Positions 38,790-48,168 of a DNA stretch of 64,000 bases are shown one piece after another; the first letter of the stretch is position 1, and every line of letters begins with the position of its first letter. Under the pieces are notes generated by a model, which had not been told where the DNA came from, did no database searches, and saw only the letters and a program-made list of their open reading frames with translations. The stretch comes from Thermovirgaceae bacterium (GTDB lineage Bacteria > Synergistota > Synergistia > Synergistales > Thermovirgaceae): the NCBI GenBank assembly GCA_040767805.1, contig JAXGNU010000002.1, positions 96,001 to 160,000 of the forward strand. Reading direction: 5' to 3'. A program made the translations under genes and the position numbers.

Positions 38790-39785
38790 ATGAACGTTCA
38801 CGTGGTCCTCGGCGCCCTCGCCGCGTCGGCGGCCGCAGCGGAGGTCTTCATCGCCCCCAAACCCGGCCTCGTCGACCGTTTCGGCCCCGGTTCCCACCGG
38901 GACATGGATTTCAATGCCTTTCTCTTAAGTTTGATGGCCCTCGCGCCCTTCTGGCAGCGGCAGGCCTTGTCGGGCCTGGCAGGGGTCCCCCCCGGAGAGG
39001 CTCTCCCCTGCCTGAGGCGGACGGGGCTAAAGATGGACGCCGCCATGTACCGGGCCACCTCCGGCGTGAACACCCATAAGGGCCTGATCTTCGCCCTTTC
39101 CCTCCTTCTTTACGGGGCGGGGCGCTGCCTTTTGCTCGGCGAGGGCCTTCGGCCCTCTAAGGTGGCCGCCGCCGCCGCTTCGGCGGCCCGGGGTTGCTGC
39201 GAGAGGGAACTCCTCTCGCTGGCCAAATCTCCTCCCTCCAGGCCCCTGACGGGGGGAGAGAGAATATTCCTGGAGCACGGCGTCACCGGCATCAGGGGCG
39301 AGGTCGAGGGAGGCTTCCCCACTGTCCTAAGACACGGTTTGCCTTCTTTCAGGAAGGCCCTCTCACGCGGGGCTACGAGGCACGACAGCGCCCTTTACAC
39401 CCTTTTCGACCTCATGATGCACGGGGAGGACACGAACGTCATCGCAAGGAAGGGCCATTCCTTCTGGAGGGGCGACTACCGGCGCCTTGTGGGCGGGCTC
39501 CTGGACCTGGGTACGCCCCCCTACGACGACGCTGCCCTGGCTTCCCTCAAGGAAGCCGACGAACAATTCCGACTCCAGGATATCAGCCCCGGCGGGGCAG
39601 CGGACCTTTTGACCTGCACCCTGTTCCTTCACGACTGCGATACCCTCCTGGTCGATATTGTAAACATTCAGAGCGCCAGGTATAATATATGTAACATAAC
39701 GTACGGAGGTGCGGGCCATGAGCCTGGGACTGAGGATCAAGACCCTTCGCAGGTCGAAGGGGCTCACCCAGAAAAGACTCTCTGA
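38790..39785 (+). CDS. citG: Triphosphoribosyl-dephospho-CoA synthase CitG
   Basis: PKPGLVD, SHRDMD, GVNTHKG, GIRGE, DTNV, SPGGAADLL. Extended tail overlaps the next gene. Confidence 0.9.
   Translation: MNVHVVLGALAASAAAAEVFIAPKPGLVDRFGPGSHRDMDFNAFLLSLMALAPFWQRQALSGLAGVPPGEALPCLRRTGLKMDAAMYRATSGVNTHKGLIFALSLLLYGAGRCLLLGEGLRPSKVAAAAASAARGCCERELLSLAKSPPSRPLTGGERIFLEHGVTGIRGEVEGGFPTVLRHGLPSFRKALSRGATRHDSALYTLFDLMMHGEDTNVIARKGHSFWRGDYRRLVGGLLDLGTPPYDDAALASLKEADEQFRLQDISPGGAADLLTCTLFLHDCDTLLVDIVNIQSARYNICNITYGGAGHEPGTEDQDPSQVEGAHPEKTL
39658..39698 (+). promoter_or_regulatory. Sigma70 promoter + palindrome upstream of the XRE gene
   Basis: TTGTAA (39658-39663)-17-TATAAT (39681-39686); TATGT-A-ACATA at 39688-39698; GGAGG RBS follows. 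Confidence 0.75.
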
Positions 39786-40074
39786 AATGGTCTATGTCAG
39801 CCGCATTTATATCCAGTCCCTGGAGAGCAACCGGCGGCTGCCCTCGATGAAGCTCCTCAAGCGGCTGGCCGCGGCCCTCGACGTGGAAGTGGTCGACCTG
39901 GTCCACGACCCCGGCAGGGACGGTTCGGGCAGGCTTATGCTCGAAGAGGTGCTCAACGACAGCGAACCCGTCGAAATATGGTACCGGAGCAGGAAGCTCT
40001 CCAGGGGAGAGGTGCAACTTGTCCAGAAGCTCATCGAAGCGGCGCTCTCCGATTGGGACAGGGAGAATGCCTGA
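39718..40074 (+). CDS. XRE-family HTH repressor (ImmR/DdrO/CapH-like architecture)
   Basis: LGLRIKTLRRSKGLTQKRLSEMVYVSRIYIQSLESNRRLPS; ATG 39718 after GGAGG. Confidence 0.92.
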   Translation: MSLGLRIKTLRRSKGLTQKRLSEMVYVSRIYIQSLESNRRLPSMKLLKRLAAALDVEVVDLVHDPGRDGSGRLMLEEVLNDSEPVEIWYRSRKLSRGEVQLVQKLIEAALSDWDRENA

Positions 40075-40495
40075 AACGGCCCTGGACGGGAAGACGGGGG
40101 ACGGGTTCCTATGGCCCGAGCCGCCCGAGTTCATCCCGGAATGGGCTTCCCTTGAGGCCCGCCAGTGGAAAGACCTTGACGACTTCGACCTCCTCGCGAA
40201 AGTTGAAGCCGCCTGCGGCAGGTCCGTCGAGATCGTCAGGGCCCCGTTGCCCGTCTCCCTATGGGGTCTCCACGTCGCCAGGGGTCGGAGGGCGCGCATC
40301 TACGTGAACGGCCTCCTCCCGGAAATATGGAGGCGTTTCGCCCTCTTCCACGAGATCTACCACCTAACCCACCACGCCAGGGGCGAGGATTTCTGGTCCC
40401 ACACCGCCACCCCGATGACGAGTTTCGAATACCAGGCCGACCTGTTCGCCTGGGCCGCCATAATCGACGAATGGGGCGAAGGTGCCTGCTGGTGA
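40067..40495 (+). CDS. ImmA/IrrE family zinc metallopeptidase
   Basis: IYVN, RRFALFHEIYH (HExxH), FEYQADLFA (third ligand Glu). ATG 40067 overlaps the end of the XRE gene. Confidence 0.9.
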   Translation: MPETALDGKTGDGFLWPEPPEFIPEWASLEARQWKDLDDFDLLAKVEAACGRSVEIVRAPLPVSLWGLHVARGRRARIYVNGLLPEIWRRFALFHEIYHLTHHARGEDFWSHTATPMTSFEYQADLFAWAAIIDEWGEGACW

Positions 40496-41433
40496 ATCGC
40501 GCCCCCTTCTTCCTACCCATGAGGGACTGCCCCAACCGGTGCGTTTACTGCGACCAGAGGGCCATAACCGGTCACGTCGTTTCCCCGGAACCCCGGGACG
40601 TGAGGGAGGCGCTGCGGGGGATCGCAGAACCCACCGAGGTCTGCTTCTTCGGCGGCAGCTTCACCTGCCAGCCGCTGGGCCGACAGAGGGAATACCTCGA
40701 GGCGGCCCTGTCCGCCCCCTTCCCAGTAGACCTGAGGCTCTCCACCCACCCCCTCTGCGTCGACCCGTCGATACTGGCCTTTCTTTCCCGTTTCCCGGTG
40801 AGGATAATTGAACTGGGCGTTTCCTCCCTCGAGGACGAGGTGCTGGAGAAATGCAAAAGGGGGTACACCGGGGCCGAGGTCCTGGAAAAGATTTCCCTGT
40901 TAGCCGCGAACCCGGTTTTCATCCCCGGGGCGCAGCTGATGACCGGCCTCCCCGGGCAGACCCCTTCGTCGTCCCTGGAGGACCTGCGCCGCCTTGCCGC
41001 CGTGAAGGGCGCGGGTCCCATGCAGATCAGGATCTACCCCTGCCTCGTCCTGAAGGGAACTCTCCTCGAAAGATGGTACCTCTCAGGCGACTACACCCCG
41101 CCCGGCATCGAGGAGAGCGCCCGTTGGGCGGGTAGGATGATCAAGTACGCCCGGGAGGCCGGTTTCGAACTCCTGCGGGTGGGCCTCCAGGAGACGGTCT
41201 CCCTCTCCGGCAGCGTGGTGGCGGGGCCTCACCACCCGGCCCTGGGCGAACTGGCCCGGTCCTTCGCGCTGGCCCTTTCCCTGGTCGAGGAAAGCCCCCA
41301 GGGACCGTGGCTTGTCCCAGCAAGCTCCCGGTCCCTCCTTTCGGGCCACGGCGAGTGGGGGCTCAAGGAACTGGCGGCCCTATCCTCGATTACCGCCGAA
41401 AGAGCGAGAGGCCTCGTGCGATGGGTCCCTTGA
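40492..41433 (+). CDS. Radical SAM protein (Elp3/YhcC-like family)
   Basis: CPNRCVYC (CxxxCxxC), FFGGSFT, IELGVSS, QLMTGLPG, IRIYP, GPHHPA; GTGA overlap with the peptidase stop. Confidence 0.9.
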   Translation: MNRAPFFLPMRDCPNRCVYCDQRAITGHVVSPEPRDVREALRGIAEPTEVCFFGGSFTCQPLGRQREYLEAALSAPFPVDLRLSTHPLCVDPSILAFLSRFPVRIIELGVSSLEDEVLEKCKRGYTGAEVLEKISLLAANPVFIPGAQLMTGLPGQTPSSSLEDLRRLAAVKGAGPMQIRIYPCLVLKGTLLERWYLSGDYTPPGIEESARWAGRMIKYAREAGFELLRVGLQETVSLSGSVVAGPHHPALGELARSFALALSLVEESPQGPWLVPASSRSLLSGHGEWGLKELAALSSITAERARGLVRWVP

Positions 41434-41508
41434 TCCCGACGGAAGGACATTTGCCACGGGAGAAGATTTTGCCTACAATGCTCTGAGTTTTTTGTCGCGG
41501 AGGGATCG

Positions 41509-42873
41509 ATGGCCATTCTGAAGAGGAACATCGACATGGGAGCCGGCGGCGTCGCAGGGACCCTTTGGCAACTGGCGCTTCCCTCGATGTTTTCCATGCT
41601 GTTCCATACCCTGTTCCACCTGGTGGATACCGTCTTCGTGGCGTGGCTGGGGGAGTCCTCCCTGGCGGCCATGTCGCTCACCTTTCCCCTGATGTTCGTC
41701 ATCTTCGCCCTGGTGAACGGCATGGCCGTCGGGACCACGACCAGGATGAGCAACGCCCTAGGCCGGGGGCGGGTGGATGAAGCCCAGGGCTACGCCGACT
41801 CGGCCCTCCTCCTTGTCCTTATCCTCACGACGCCGGCCCTCCCCCTGGTCTTCCGCCCATCTTCGGACGCCTTTTTCTCCCTCCTCGGCGGTTCCGGCGA
41901 CGTACTCCCGGAGAGTTACCGCTACGCCGCCTGGTTGGTGCTCGGCACCCCCCTGATGGCCTTTTCTCTCATCGCCGACTCAACCTTCAGGAGCCAGGGA
42001 GATACGGTGACCCCCATGAAGAGCATGATCCTCGGCAACGCCATCAACGCCGTCCTCGACCCCATTATGATCTTCACCTTCGGGTGGGGGATCGCCGGCG
42101 CGTCGATAGCCACCTTCATAGGCCGGCTGGCGTCATGCCTTTACCTCTGGTCAAGGCTGAAAAAACGGAGCGCCCTCATCCCCGGCATAACCTGGAGGCC
42201 CGATCACCCGCGGAAGTGGGTCAGCATCGGCGAGATCGGGCTCCCCGTGGCGATATCCCAGGGGAGCATGGCCGTGGGGAGCGCCCTGCTCAACCGGATA
42301 CTCTCCGGCTATGGCCCCGCCGCCATAGGGGCCTTCATGCTCGGGAACAGGGTTGAGATGTTCGTCTTCCTGCCCGTCTTCGGTTTCAACAGCGCCCTCG
42401 TCCCCTTCATCGGCTACAACATAGGCAAGGGCGACTTCTCCAGGGTCCGCGGGGCCCTAAAGGTGGTCCTGCTCTCCTCGACGGCCATGATAGGCGTGAT
42501 AGGGACCCTGGTATACCTGTGGCCCGACCTCGTCCTGGCCCTCTTCCGCCCCTCCGACCAGGTCATGGGGATGGCCATGGCCTCGATAAGAGCTTCGGCG
42601 ACGGCCTATCTCTTCGCCGCCGCCGATATCTCCTTCTGGGGGATCTTCCAGGGGAGCGGCCGCCCCGTCTACGGCATGGCGGCCCAGATACTGCGGACGC
42701 TGGCGGTCCGCATACCCTCCGCGGCCGTCCTTTCAAGGCTCTTCGGCCTGCCGGGGGTCTGGTGGTGTCAGCCCCTTTCGGCCTTCGCCTCCTTCCTGCT
42801 GTCGACCTTTTTCATATTCAAGGTCATGGAGAAGATAAGGGAAGAGATACGATCCGGCTTCGGCGGGGACTGA
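41509..42873 (+). CDS. MATE family efflux transporter
   Basis: LVDTVFV, FRSQGDTVTPM, NAVLDPIMIF; 12 TM. Confidence 0.92.
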   Translation: MAILKRNIDMGAGGVAGTLWQLALPSMFSMLFHTLFHLVDTVFVAWLGESSLAAMSLTFPLMFVIFALVNGMAVGTTTRMSNALGRGRVDEAQGYADSALLLVLILTTPALPLVFRPSSDAFFSLLGGSGDVLPESYRYAAWLVLGTPLMAFSLIADSTFRSQGDTVTPMKSMILGNAINAVLDPIMIFTFGWGIAGASIATFIGRLASCLYLWSRLKKRSALIPGITWRPDHPRKWVSIGEIGLPVAISQGSMAVGSALLNRILSGYGPAAIGAFMLGNRVEMFVFLPVFGFNSALVPFIGYNIGKGDFSRVRGALKVVLLSSTAMIGVIGTLVYLWPDLVLALFRPSDQVMGMAMASIRASATAYLFAAADISFWGIFQGSGRPVYGMAAQILRTLAVRIPSAAVLSRLFGLPGVWWCQPLSAFASFLLSTFFIFKVMEKIREEIRSGFGGD

Positions 42874-42994
42874 CCCGGGGTCCGGGCTCGAGGGCGGAAA
42901 AAGGTGCCCCTTGGTTTTCACCGGTGTTGAGAGTATACTTAAATTGATTTTCCGATAGGACAGTTTACTTTTTTCTTTATGGAGGGCTCCCCAA

Positions 42995-43864
42995 TTGGAA
43001 ACCGAACAGCTCCAGGCTCTTTTCCGGGAAAAAATGCAGGCCATGCCCAAAAAAGCAAGGCGCGTCGTCGAATACCTCCTGATGAACATGAGGGAGGCGG
43101 CCTTTCGATCCATAGGCGATGTGGCCGATGGCCTAGGGGTGTCCAAGGCCCAGATGGTGAGGGTCTCGAGGTTGCTAGGTTTTGAAGGTTACTCCAACCT
43201 GAAGGAAGCCCTCCAGGAAGCCGTGCTCGGAGAGGTCAACCCGGCGGCGATGCTGGCCCGGGTGACGGACAACCGGCAGGACCTTCCCGTCACGATCCAC
43301 AGGCTGGAGCACGCGAACCTGGATGACACCTGGTCCCAGTTGAAGCCTGAAAAGGTCTCCGCCTTCTGCTCGAGGCTCCGCGGGGCCGATGCCGTCTATT
43401 GCGCCGGTTGGGGGATCTCGACCCTGGTGGCCCAATCGCTGTTCATGAGGCTGAGGATCATGGGAATGAAGGCCTTCCTGATGACCCGTTCCACCATGAC
43501 CCTACTGGAACAGGCCAGGGGTGTCGGGAGGGGGGACGTGGTCGTCGTGTGTGAACTCCCGAGCTTCGTGATCGAGGTCACCCAGGCGGTGGAGAGGGCC
43601 AAAACGAAGGGGGCCGGGATCATCACCATCACCGACAACCCCGCGGCCCCGATCTGCCGATACTCGGACCTTTCATTCTTCGTGAGCGCCGCCAGCCCGA
43701 TGTTCGGGAGCAGCGTCATCGGCCCCCTCTTCCTGGTGCACATTCTTACCTCGGTCCTCGCCGTCAACATGGGCGACTCGGCGAGGAAAGCCCTGGAGGA
43801 ACAGTCGGAGTTCCTTCACGATGAGAGGATCTTCCACCCCGTCTTCGGGTTGAAGTACTCCTGA
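42995..43864 (+). CDS. MurR/RpiR family regulator (HTH + SIS)
   Basis: SIGDVADGLGVSKAQMVRVSRLLGFEGY, IITITDN. Confidence 0.92.
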   Translation: METEQLQALFREKMQAMPKKARRVVEYLLMNMREAAFRSIGDVADGLGVSKAQMVRVSRLLGFEGYSNLKEALQEAVLGEVNPAAMLARVTDNRQDLPVTIHRLEHANLDDTWSQLKPEKVSAFCSRLRGADAVYCAGWGISTLVAQSLFMRLRIMGMKAFLMTRSTMTLLEQARGVGRGDVVVVCELPSFVIEVTQAVERAKTKGAGIITITDNPAAPICRYSDLSFFVSAASPMFGSSVIGPLFLVHILTSVLAVNMGDSARKALEEQSEFLHDERIFHPVFGLKYS

Positions 43865-43880
43865 GCGAGAGCGGCGGATG

Positions 43881-44564
43881 TCAGACTTCCAGGCTCTCCC
43901 CGGGTTTCAGGACCCTTATCTCCGCGAGTCCCGAAGCCTTGGCGGCGAAATCCTCGGGGGAGGCCTTTATCAGCGGGAAAGTGTTGTAGTGCATCGGGAC
44001 GGCCACCCGGGGTTTTATCATCCTGACGGCCCTGACAGCGTCGTCGATATCCATGGTGTAATTCCCGCCGATGGGGAGAAGGGCCACGTCCACCCCATCC
44101 TCGGCGAGGAGCCCCATCTCGACGGTGAGCCCCGTGTCACCGGCGTGGTAGATCCTGCGGCCGTCGACTTCTATGAGGAACCCTCCCGCCACGCCCCCGT
44201 AGACCATCCCCTCGCCCTCACCGACCTGGACGCCCGAACCGTGCCAGGCCGGCGTCATCTTCACCCTCCCGAAGGGGAAGGTAAAAGCCCCGCCTATCTG
44301 CAGCGCGTGGCACTTGACCCCTTCCAGCACACCGCACATCTCCACCGTGGCGACCACCGTGGCCCCGGTCCTCTTCGCGATGTCCGGGGTGTCCCCGAGA
44401 TGGTCGCCGTGCCCATGGGTCACGAAAATGTAGTTGACGTCCTTGAAGTCTCCAGGGGAGAAAGGGGTCATGCTGTTCCCCGTGAGGAAAGGGTCGATCA
44501 AGCCATCGAGGCCGCCGCCCTCGACCCGGAAGGCCGCGTGCCCGAGAAAGGTCAACCTGGCCAT
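43881..44564 (-). CDS. Metallo-beta-lactamase fold hydrolase (UPF0173)
   Basis: FLGHAAF, THGHGDHLGD, YHAGDT, PMHYNTF. Confidence 0.93.
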   Translation of the reverse strand: MARLTFLGHAAFRVEGGGLDGLIDPFLTGNSMTPFSPGDFKDVNYIFVTHGHGDHLGDTPDIAKRTGATVVATVEMCGVLEGVKCHALQIGGAFTFPFGRVKMTPAWHGSGVQVGEGEGMVYGGVAGGFLIEVDGRRIYHAGDTGLTVEMGLLAEDGVDVALLPIGGNYTMDIDDAVRAVRMIKPRVAVPMHYNTFPLIKASPEDFAAKASGLAEIRVLKPGESLEV

Positions 44565-44620
44565 TGTCCCGCCTCCCTTTCATATCGTTTTCCCTATTAT
44601 AACTTTAAAAGCCCGGCGGG

Positions 44621-44899
44621 TTACACCTTCGGGCTATCGCGGGAGGCGAGGGAGCCCTCCACCTTTACACTGCTCTCGCTGTGGTGGCCCGTCTCCTGAA
44701 TCCGTAGACCCTTGGGGGTGAGGAGGGCCCGGCCCAGGCCCTCAAGTTCCACCTCGACCCCTTTCCCAGCGTGCTTTTCGAACCAGGCATTCATCTCCAA
44801 TGAACCGCTCCAGCCAAGGGCACGCAGTTCGCCCGCCAACAGGCCCTGCCGCTCTTCCAGGAGGAAGCGCCAGGGCCTCTTCTCCACCCCGGTCGTCAC
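44621..44899 (-). CDS. Small hypothetical protein coupled to aspS
   Basis: GTG at 44899 overlaps the aspS TGA (GTGA); 92 aa; fills the gap to the next gene. Confidence 0.55.
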   Translation of the reverse strand: MTTGVEKRPWRFLLEERQGLLAGELRALGWSGSLEMNAWFEKHAGKGVEVELEGLGRALLTPKGLRIQETGHHSESSVKVEGSLASRDSPKV

Positions 44900-46719
44900 T
44901 CCCCGTCCCCGGAGGAGCATCCTGGGTCCTTTCGATTCGGGACCAGGGAAATGTGGAGTTCGGCCAACTGACCGGGGTCGACGTTGTTGGGGGCGCCCGA
45001 CATGAGGCATTGGGCCTTTTGGGTCTTCGGGAAAGCGATCACGTCCCGTATGGAATGAGCACCCGCCAGGAACATGACCAGCCGGTCGAAACCGATAGCG
45101 ATCCCGCCATGGGGAGGGGTGCCCGAGGCGAGGGCGTCGATCAGGAAGCCGAACCTCTCCCTGGCCCGTTCCGGGGTGAAGCCCATAACCTCGAAGACCC
45201 TCCGCTGGAGCGAGGGCTCGTGGATCCTGATAGAGCCTCCCCCTATCTCGGCGCCGTTCAGGACCAGGTCGTAAGCCCTGGACCTGACCCCGCCGGGGTC
45301 CGCCTCGAGTTTTTCGAGGTCCTGAAGGTTCGGCGAGGTGAAGGGGTGGTGGACCGCCGTCCAGCGGAGTTCCTCGTCGTCCCACTCCAGCAGGGGAAAA
45401 CCGTTGACCCAGAGGAAGTGCCAGGCCCCTTCCCTCCTGGGGAAGAACCTGGCCCCTAATTCGAGCCTGAGTTGGCCCAGCATCTCGCAGGTCTTCTTCC
45501 AGGGTCCCGCGGCGACGGCGAGGGCGTCCCCTTCCCCGAGGCCGGTTCTTTCAACGAGGAGCGCCTGGGCCCCGCCGGAAAGGTACTTAACCAGGGGCCC
45601 CTTGAGGGCCCCCTCCCGAAGCGTGAAGAAGGCGAGACCTGAGGCCCCGAGATCCCTGGCCCTGGCCTCGAGGTCCGACATCTCCTTACGCGAGAGTGAG
45701 GCCCCGCTGGGTACGCGAAGTCCCCTCGCGACACCGCCCTCTTCGAGGGTTTTTCGGAAGGCTTCGCAAGGGCAGCCCCGGAAGCACTCGTCCAGGTTGA
45801 GCAGTTCCCCCTCGATCCTCAGGTCGGGCCGGTCGCTGCCGAAGCGGTCGATGGCTTCATGCCAAGACAGCACCGGGAAGGGTACCTCCAGGCACTCGCC
45901 CAGGACGCTCTGGAAAAGCCCTTTCATCAGCCCTTCCATGAGGGCCATGATGTCCTCCTCGGTGATGAAACTCATCTCGACGTCGATCTGGGTGAACTCG
46001 GGCTGACGGTCAGCCCGGAGGTCCTCATCCCTGAAGCACTTGACGATCTGGTAGTAGCGGTCGATGCCGCCCACCATGAGAATCTGCTTGAAGATCTGGG
46101 GTGACTGGGGAAGGGCGAAGAAACGTCCAGGCGTCACCCTCGCCGGGACGAGGTAGTCCCTGGCCCCCTCCGGGGTCGACTTGGTCAGCATGGGCGTCTC
46201 AACTTCGATGAACCCCTCGCCCGCGAGGAAAGAACGGGTGAACTCCGCGGCCCTGCTTCTCAGCCTCAGGTTGTCCTGCATGGGGCCCCTCCGGAGGTCG
46301 AGGTACCTCGACCTCAGCCGGAGGTTCTCGTCGACGCCGTCGGCTTCGGACATCTCAAAGGGGAGGGGCCTCGAAGGCGAAAGGACGATGAAATCCTCGG
46401 CCAGAACCTCCCTGTCGCCGGTGGCCATGGCGGGATTCTCCGTCCCTGGGGGCCTCTTCCTTACCCTGCCTTTTATGGCCAGGACGAATTCGTTCCGCAA
46501 GCCCTTGGCCTGCTCGTAGAGGCTTCCCATCTCCGGGGCGAAGACCACCTGGACCGTGCCGGTATGGTCCCATAACTCGATGAAGATGATGCCGCCTAGA
46601 TCCCTCCGCCGACGAAGCCACCCGTTGAGGGTCACCTCGACCCCCTCCTCGGCGGCCGCCGGGATATTCCCGCAGTAAGAGCTCCTCTTCCACTCCTGGT
46701 CGAAAAACCGGTCTTTCAT
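44896..46719 (-). CDS. aspS: Aspartate--tRNA ligase
   Basis: OB domain, EGARDYLVP, PQSPQIFKQ, CFRDEDLRADRQPEFTQID, PPHGGIAIGFDR. Confidence 0.97.
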   Translation of the reverse strand: MKDRFFDQEWKRSSYCGNIPAAAEEGVEVTLNGWLRRRRDLGGIIFIELWDHTGTVQVVFAPEMGSLYEQAKGLRNEFVLAIKGRVRKRPPGTENPAMATGDREVLAEDFIVLSPSRPLPFEMSEADGVDENLRLRSRYLDLRRGPMQDNLRLRSRAAEFTRSFLAGEGFIEVETPMLTKSTPEGARDYLVPARVTPGRFFALPQSPQIFKQILMVGGIDRYYQIVKCFRDEDLRADRQPEFTQIDVEMSFITEEDIMALMEGLMKGLFQSVLGECLEVPFPVLSWHEAIDRFGSDRPDLRIEGELLNLDECFRGCPCEAFRKTLEEGGVARGLRVPSGASLSRKEMSDLEARARDLGASGLAFFTLREGALKGPLVKYLSGGAQALLVERTGLGEGDALAVAAGPWKKTCEMLGQLRLELGARFFPRREGAWHFLWVNGFPLLEWDDEELRWTAVHHPFTSPNLQDLEKLEADPGGVRSRAYDLVLNGAEIGGGSIRIHEPSLQRRVFEVMGFTPERARERFGFLIDALASGTPPHGGIAIGFDRLVMFLAGAHSIRDVIAFPKTQKAQCLMSGAPNNVDPGQLAELHISLVPNRKDPGCSSGDGE

Positions 46720-46741
46720 CCAAGTCCCTTCTTCCCGCTTA

Positions 46742-48004
46742 TCAAAGCGCCGTCTTCAGGAAATCCACCAGTTTCGCCCTTTCGACAGCCTGCTGCTCCC
46801 CGGAACGGAGGTCCTTCAGGGTCACCTTCCCCGAGGCTATCTCCTCGGGTCCCAGGACACAGGCGAAGGCGGCTCCGCTGGCGCCGGCCGTCTTGAAGCG
46901 GGCTTTCAGGGTCCTGCCGGTGTAATCCATATCCCCGGCCATCCCGGCCCGGCGGATTTCGTAAAGGGCCGAAACGGCCCCGTCCAGCGATGAATCGTCG
47001 GCGTGGACCACGAAAATATCGCATCGAGGCGGCTCCCCAAAGGAACAGCCCTGCTCTTCCATGGTCAGGACGATCCTCTCCACGCCGGCGGCGAATCCCA
47101 TCCCGGGGGTGTGGGGCCCACCGATGGACTCGGCGAGGTTATCGTACCGGCCACCGCCGCAGACCGCGTTCTGGGCCCCCAGTTCTCCCGATAGGACTTC
47201 GTAGGCCGTCTTGGTATAGTAATCGAGCCCCCGGACGAGCCGGTTGTCGATCTTGAAGGAGGCCCCGATCATCGTCAGCCCCTTCTTGACGGCGTCAAAG
47301 TGCACGGCGCACTCGTCGCAAAGGCAGGATATGGTGCTGGGGGCGTCCTCCGTGAGGGCCTGGCAGGTGGGGTTCTTGCAGTCCACGATCCTCAGGGGGT
47401 TGCGGTCGAATCTCCCTCGGCAGGACTCGCAGAGTTCCTTCAGCCTGGGCCTCAGGAAATCCTGGAGGGCTTTCCTGTGGACCGGCCGGCAGGCCGGGCA
47501 CCCCACGGAATTGACGAGCACCTCGAGGTTGGAAAGGCCCAGCCTCCTGAACAACTCCAGGGACAGCTCGATGGACTCCACGTCCAGTAGGGGATCCTGG
47601 CTTCCTATGGCCTCGAAGTCTATTTGCCAGAACTGTCGGTACCGCCCCTTCTGGGGCCGTTCATAGCGGAACATGGGCCCCGCGCTCCAGAGCTTGGCCG
47701 GCTGGTGCTGCTTATCCATCCTGTTCTGCAGGTAGGACCTCACCATGGGGGCCGAAAGTTCCGGGCGAAGGGTAAGGCTCCGGCCGGAGCGGTCTTCGAA
47801 GGTGTACATCTCCTTCTCGACCACGTCGGTGGTCTCGCCGACGCCCCGGGAGAAAAGTTCGGTGTGTTCGAACACGGGGAGGTGGATCTCCCGGTAACCG
47901 AAATCACCGGCGACCTTTCTCGTGACGGAAAAAACATGCTCCCACTTCCACGATTCAACGGGGAGTATGTCCCGGACCCCCCGCGGGGCTTTGATGCTGG
48001 ACAT
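46742..48004 (-). CDS. hisS: Histidine--tRNA ligase
   Basis: KEMYTF, FRYERPQKGRYRQF, VRGLDYY, GGRYD. Confidence 0.97.
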   Translation of the reverse strand: MSSIKAPRGVRDILPVESWKWEHVFSVTRKVAGDFGYREIHLPVFEHTELFSRGVGETTDVVEKEMYTFEDRSGRSLTLRPELSAPMVRSYLQNRMDKQHQPAKLWSAGPMFRYERPQKGRYRQFWQIDFEAIGSQDPLLDVESIELSLELFRRLGLSNLEVLVNSVGCPACRPVHRKALQDFLRPRLKELCESCRGRFDRNPLRIVDCKNPTCQALTEDAPSTISCLCDECAVHFDAVKKGLTMIGASFKIDNRLVRGLDYYTKTAYEVLSGELGAQNAVCGGGRYDNLAESIGGPHTPGMGFAAGVERIVLTMEEQGCSFGEPPRCDIFVVHADDSSLDGAVSALYEIRRAGMAGDMDYTGRTLKARFKTAGASGAAFACVLGPEEIASGKVTLKDLRSGEQQAVERAKLVDFLKTAL

Positions 48005-48108
48005 GAAAAAACCCTCCCTGCTTTGTTATGCCTGATCGGGATCGTTAGATTGTAGCACTACTTTCGTTTGGGACGAACCCGTTCCTCGCCATGTCCCCCT
48101 GGGGCCGC

Positions 48109-48142
48109 AAAAAAACCGCGGACCCCGGGGGCCGCGGTTTTT
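48109..48142. terminator. Intrinsic terminator after spoVS (A- and T-tracts on both sides)
   Basis: AAAAAAACCGCGG-ACCCCGGGGG-CCGCGGTTTTT. Confidence 0.85.
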
Positions 48143-48168
48143 CCTTGCCGGATCGTTTACGAGGAGGC

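Noticed and set aside
48005..48108. T-box riboswitch upstream of hisS-aspS
   Set aside because: The leader is too short and lacks the T-box consensus; an extended -10 (TGCTACAAT) lies close to the gene.
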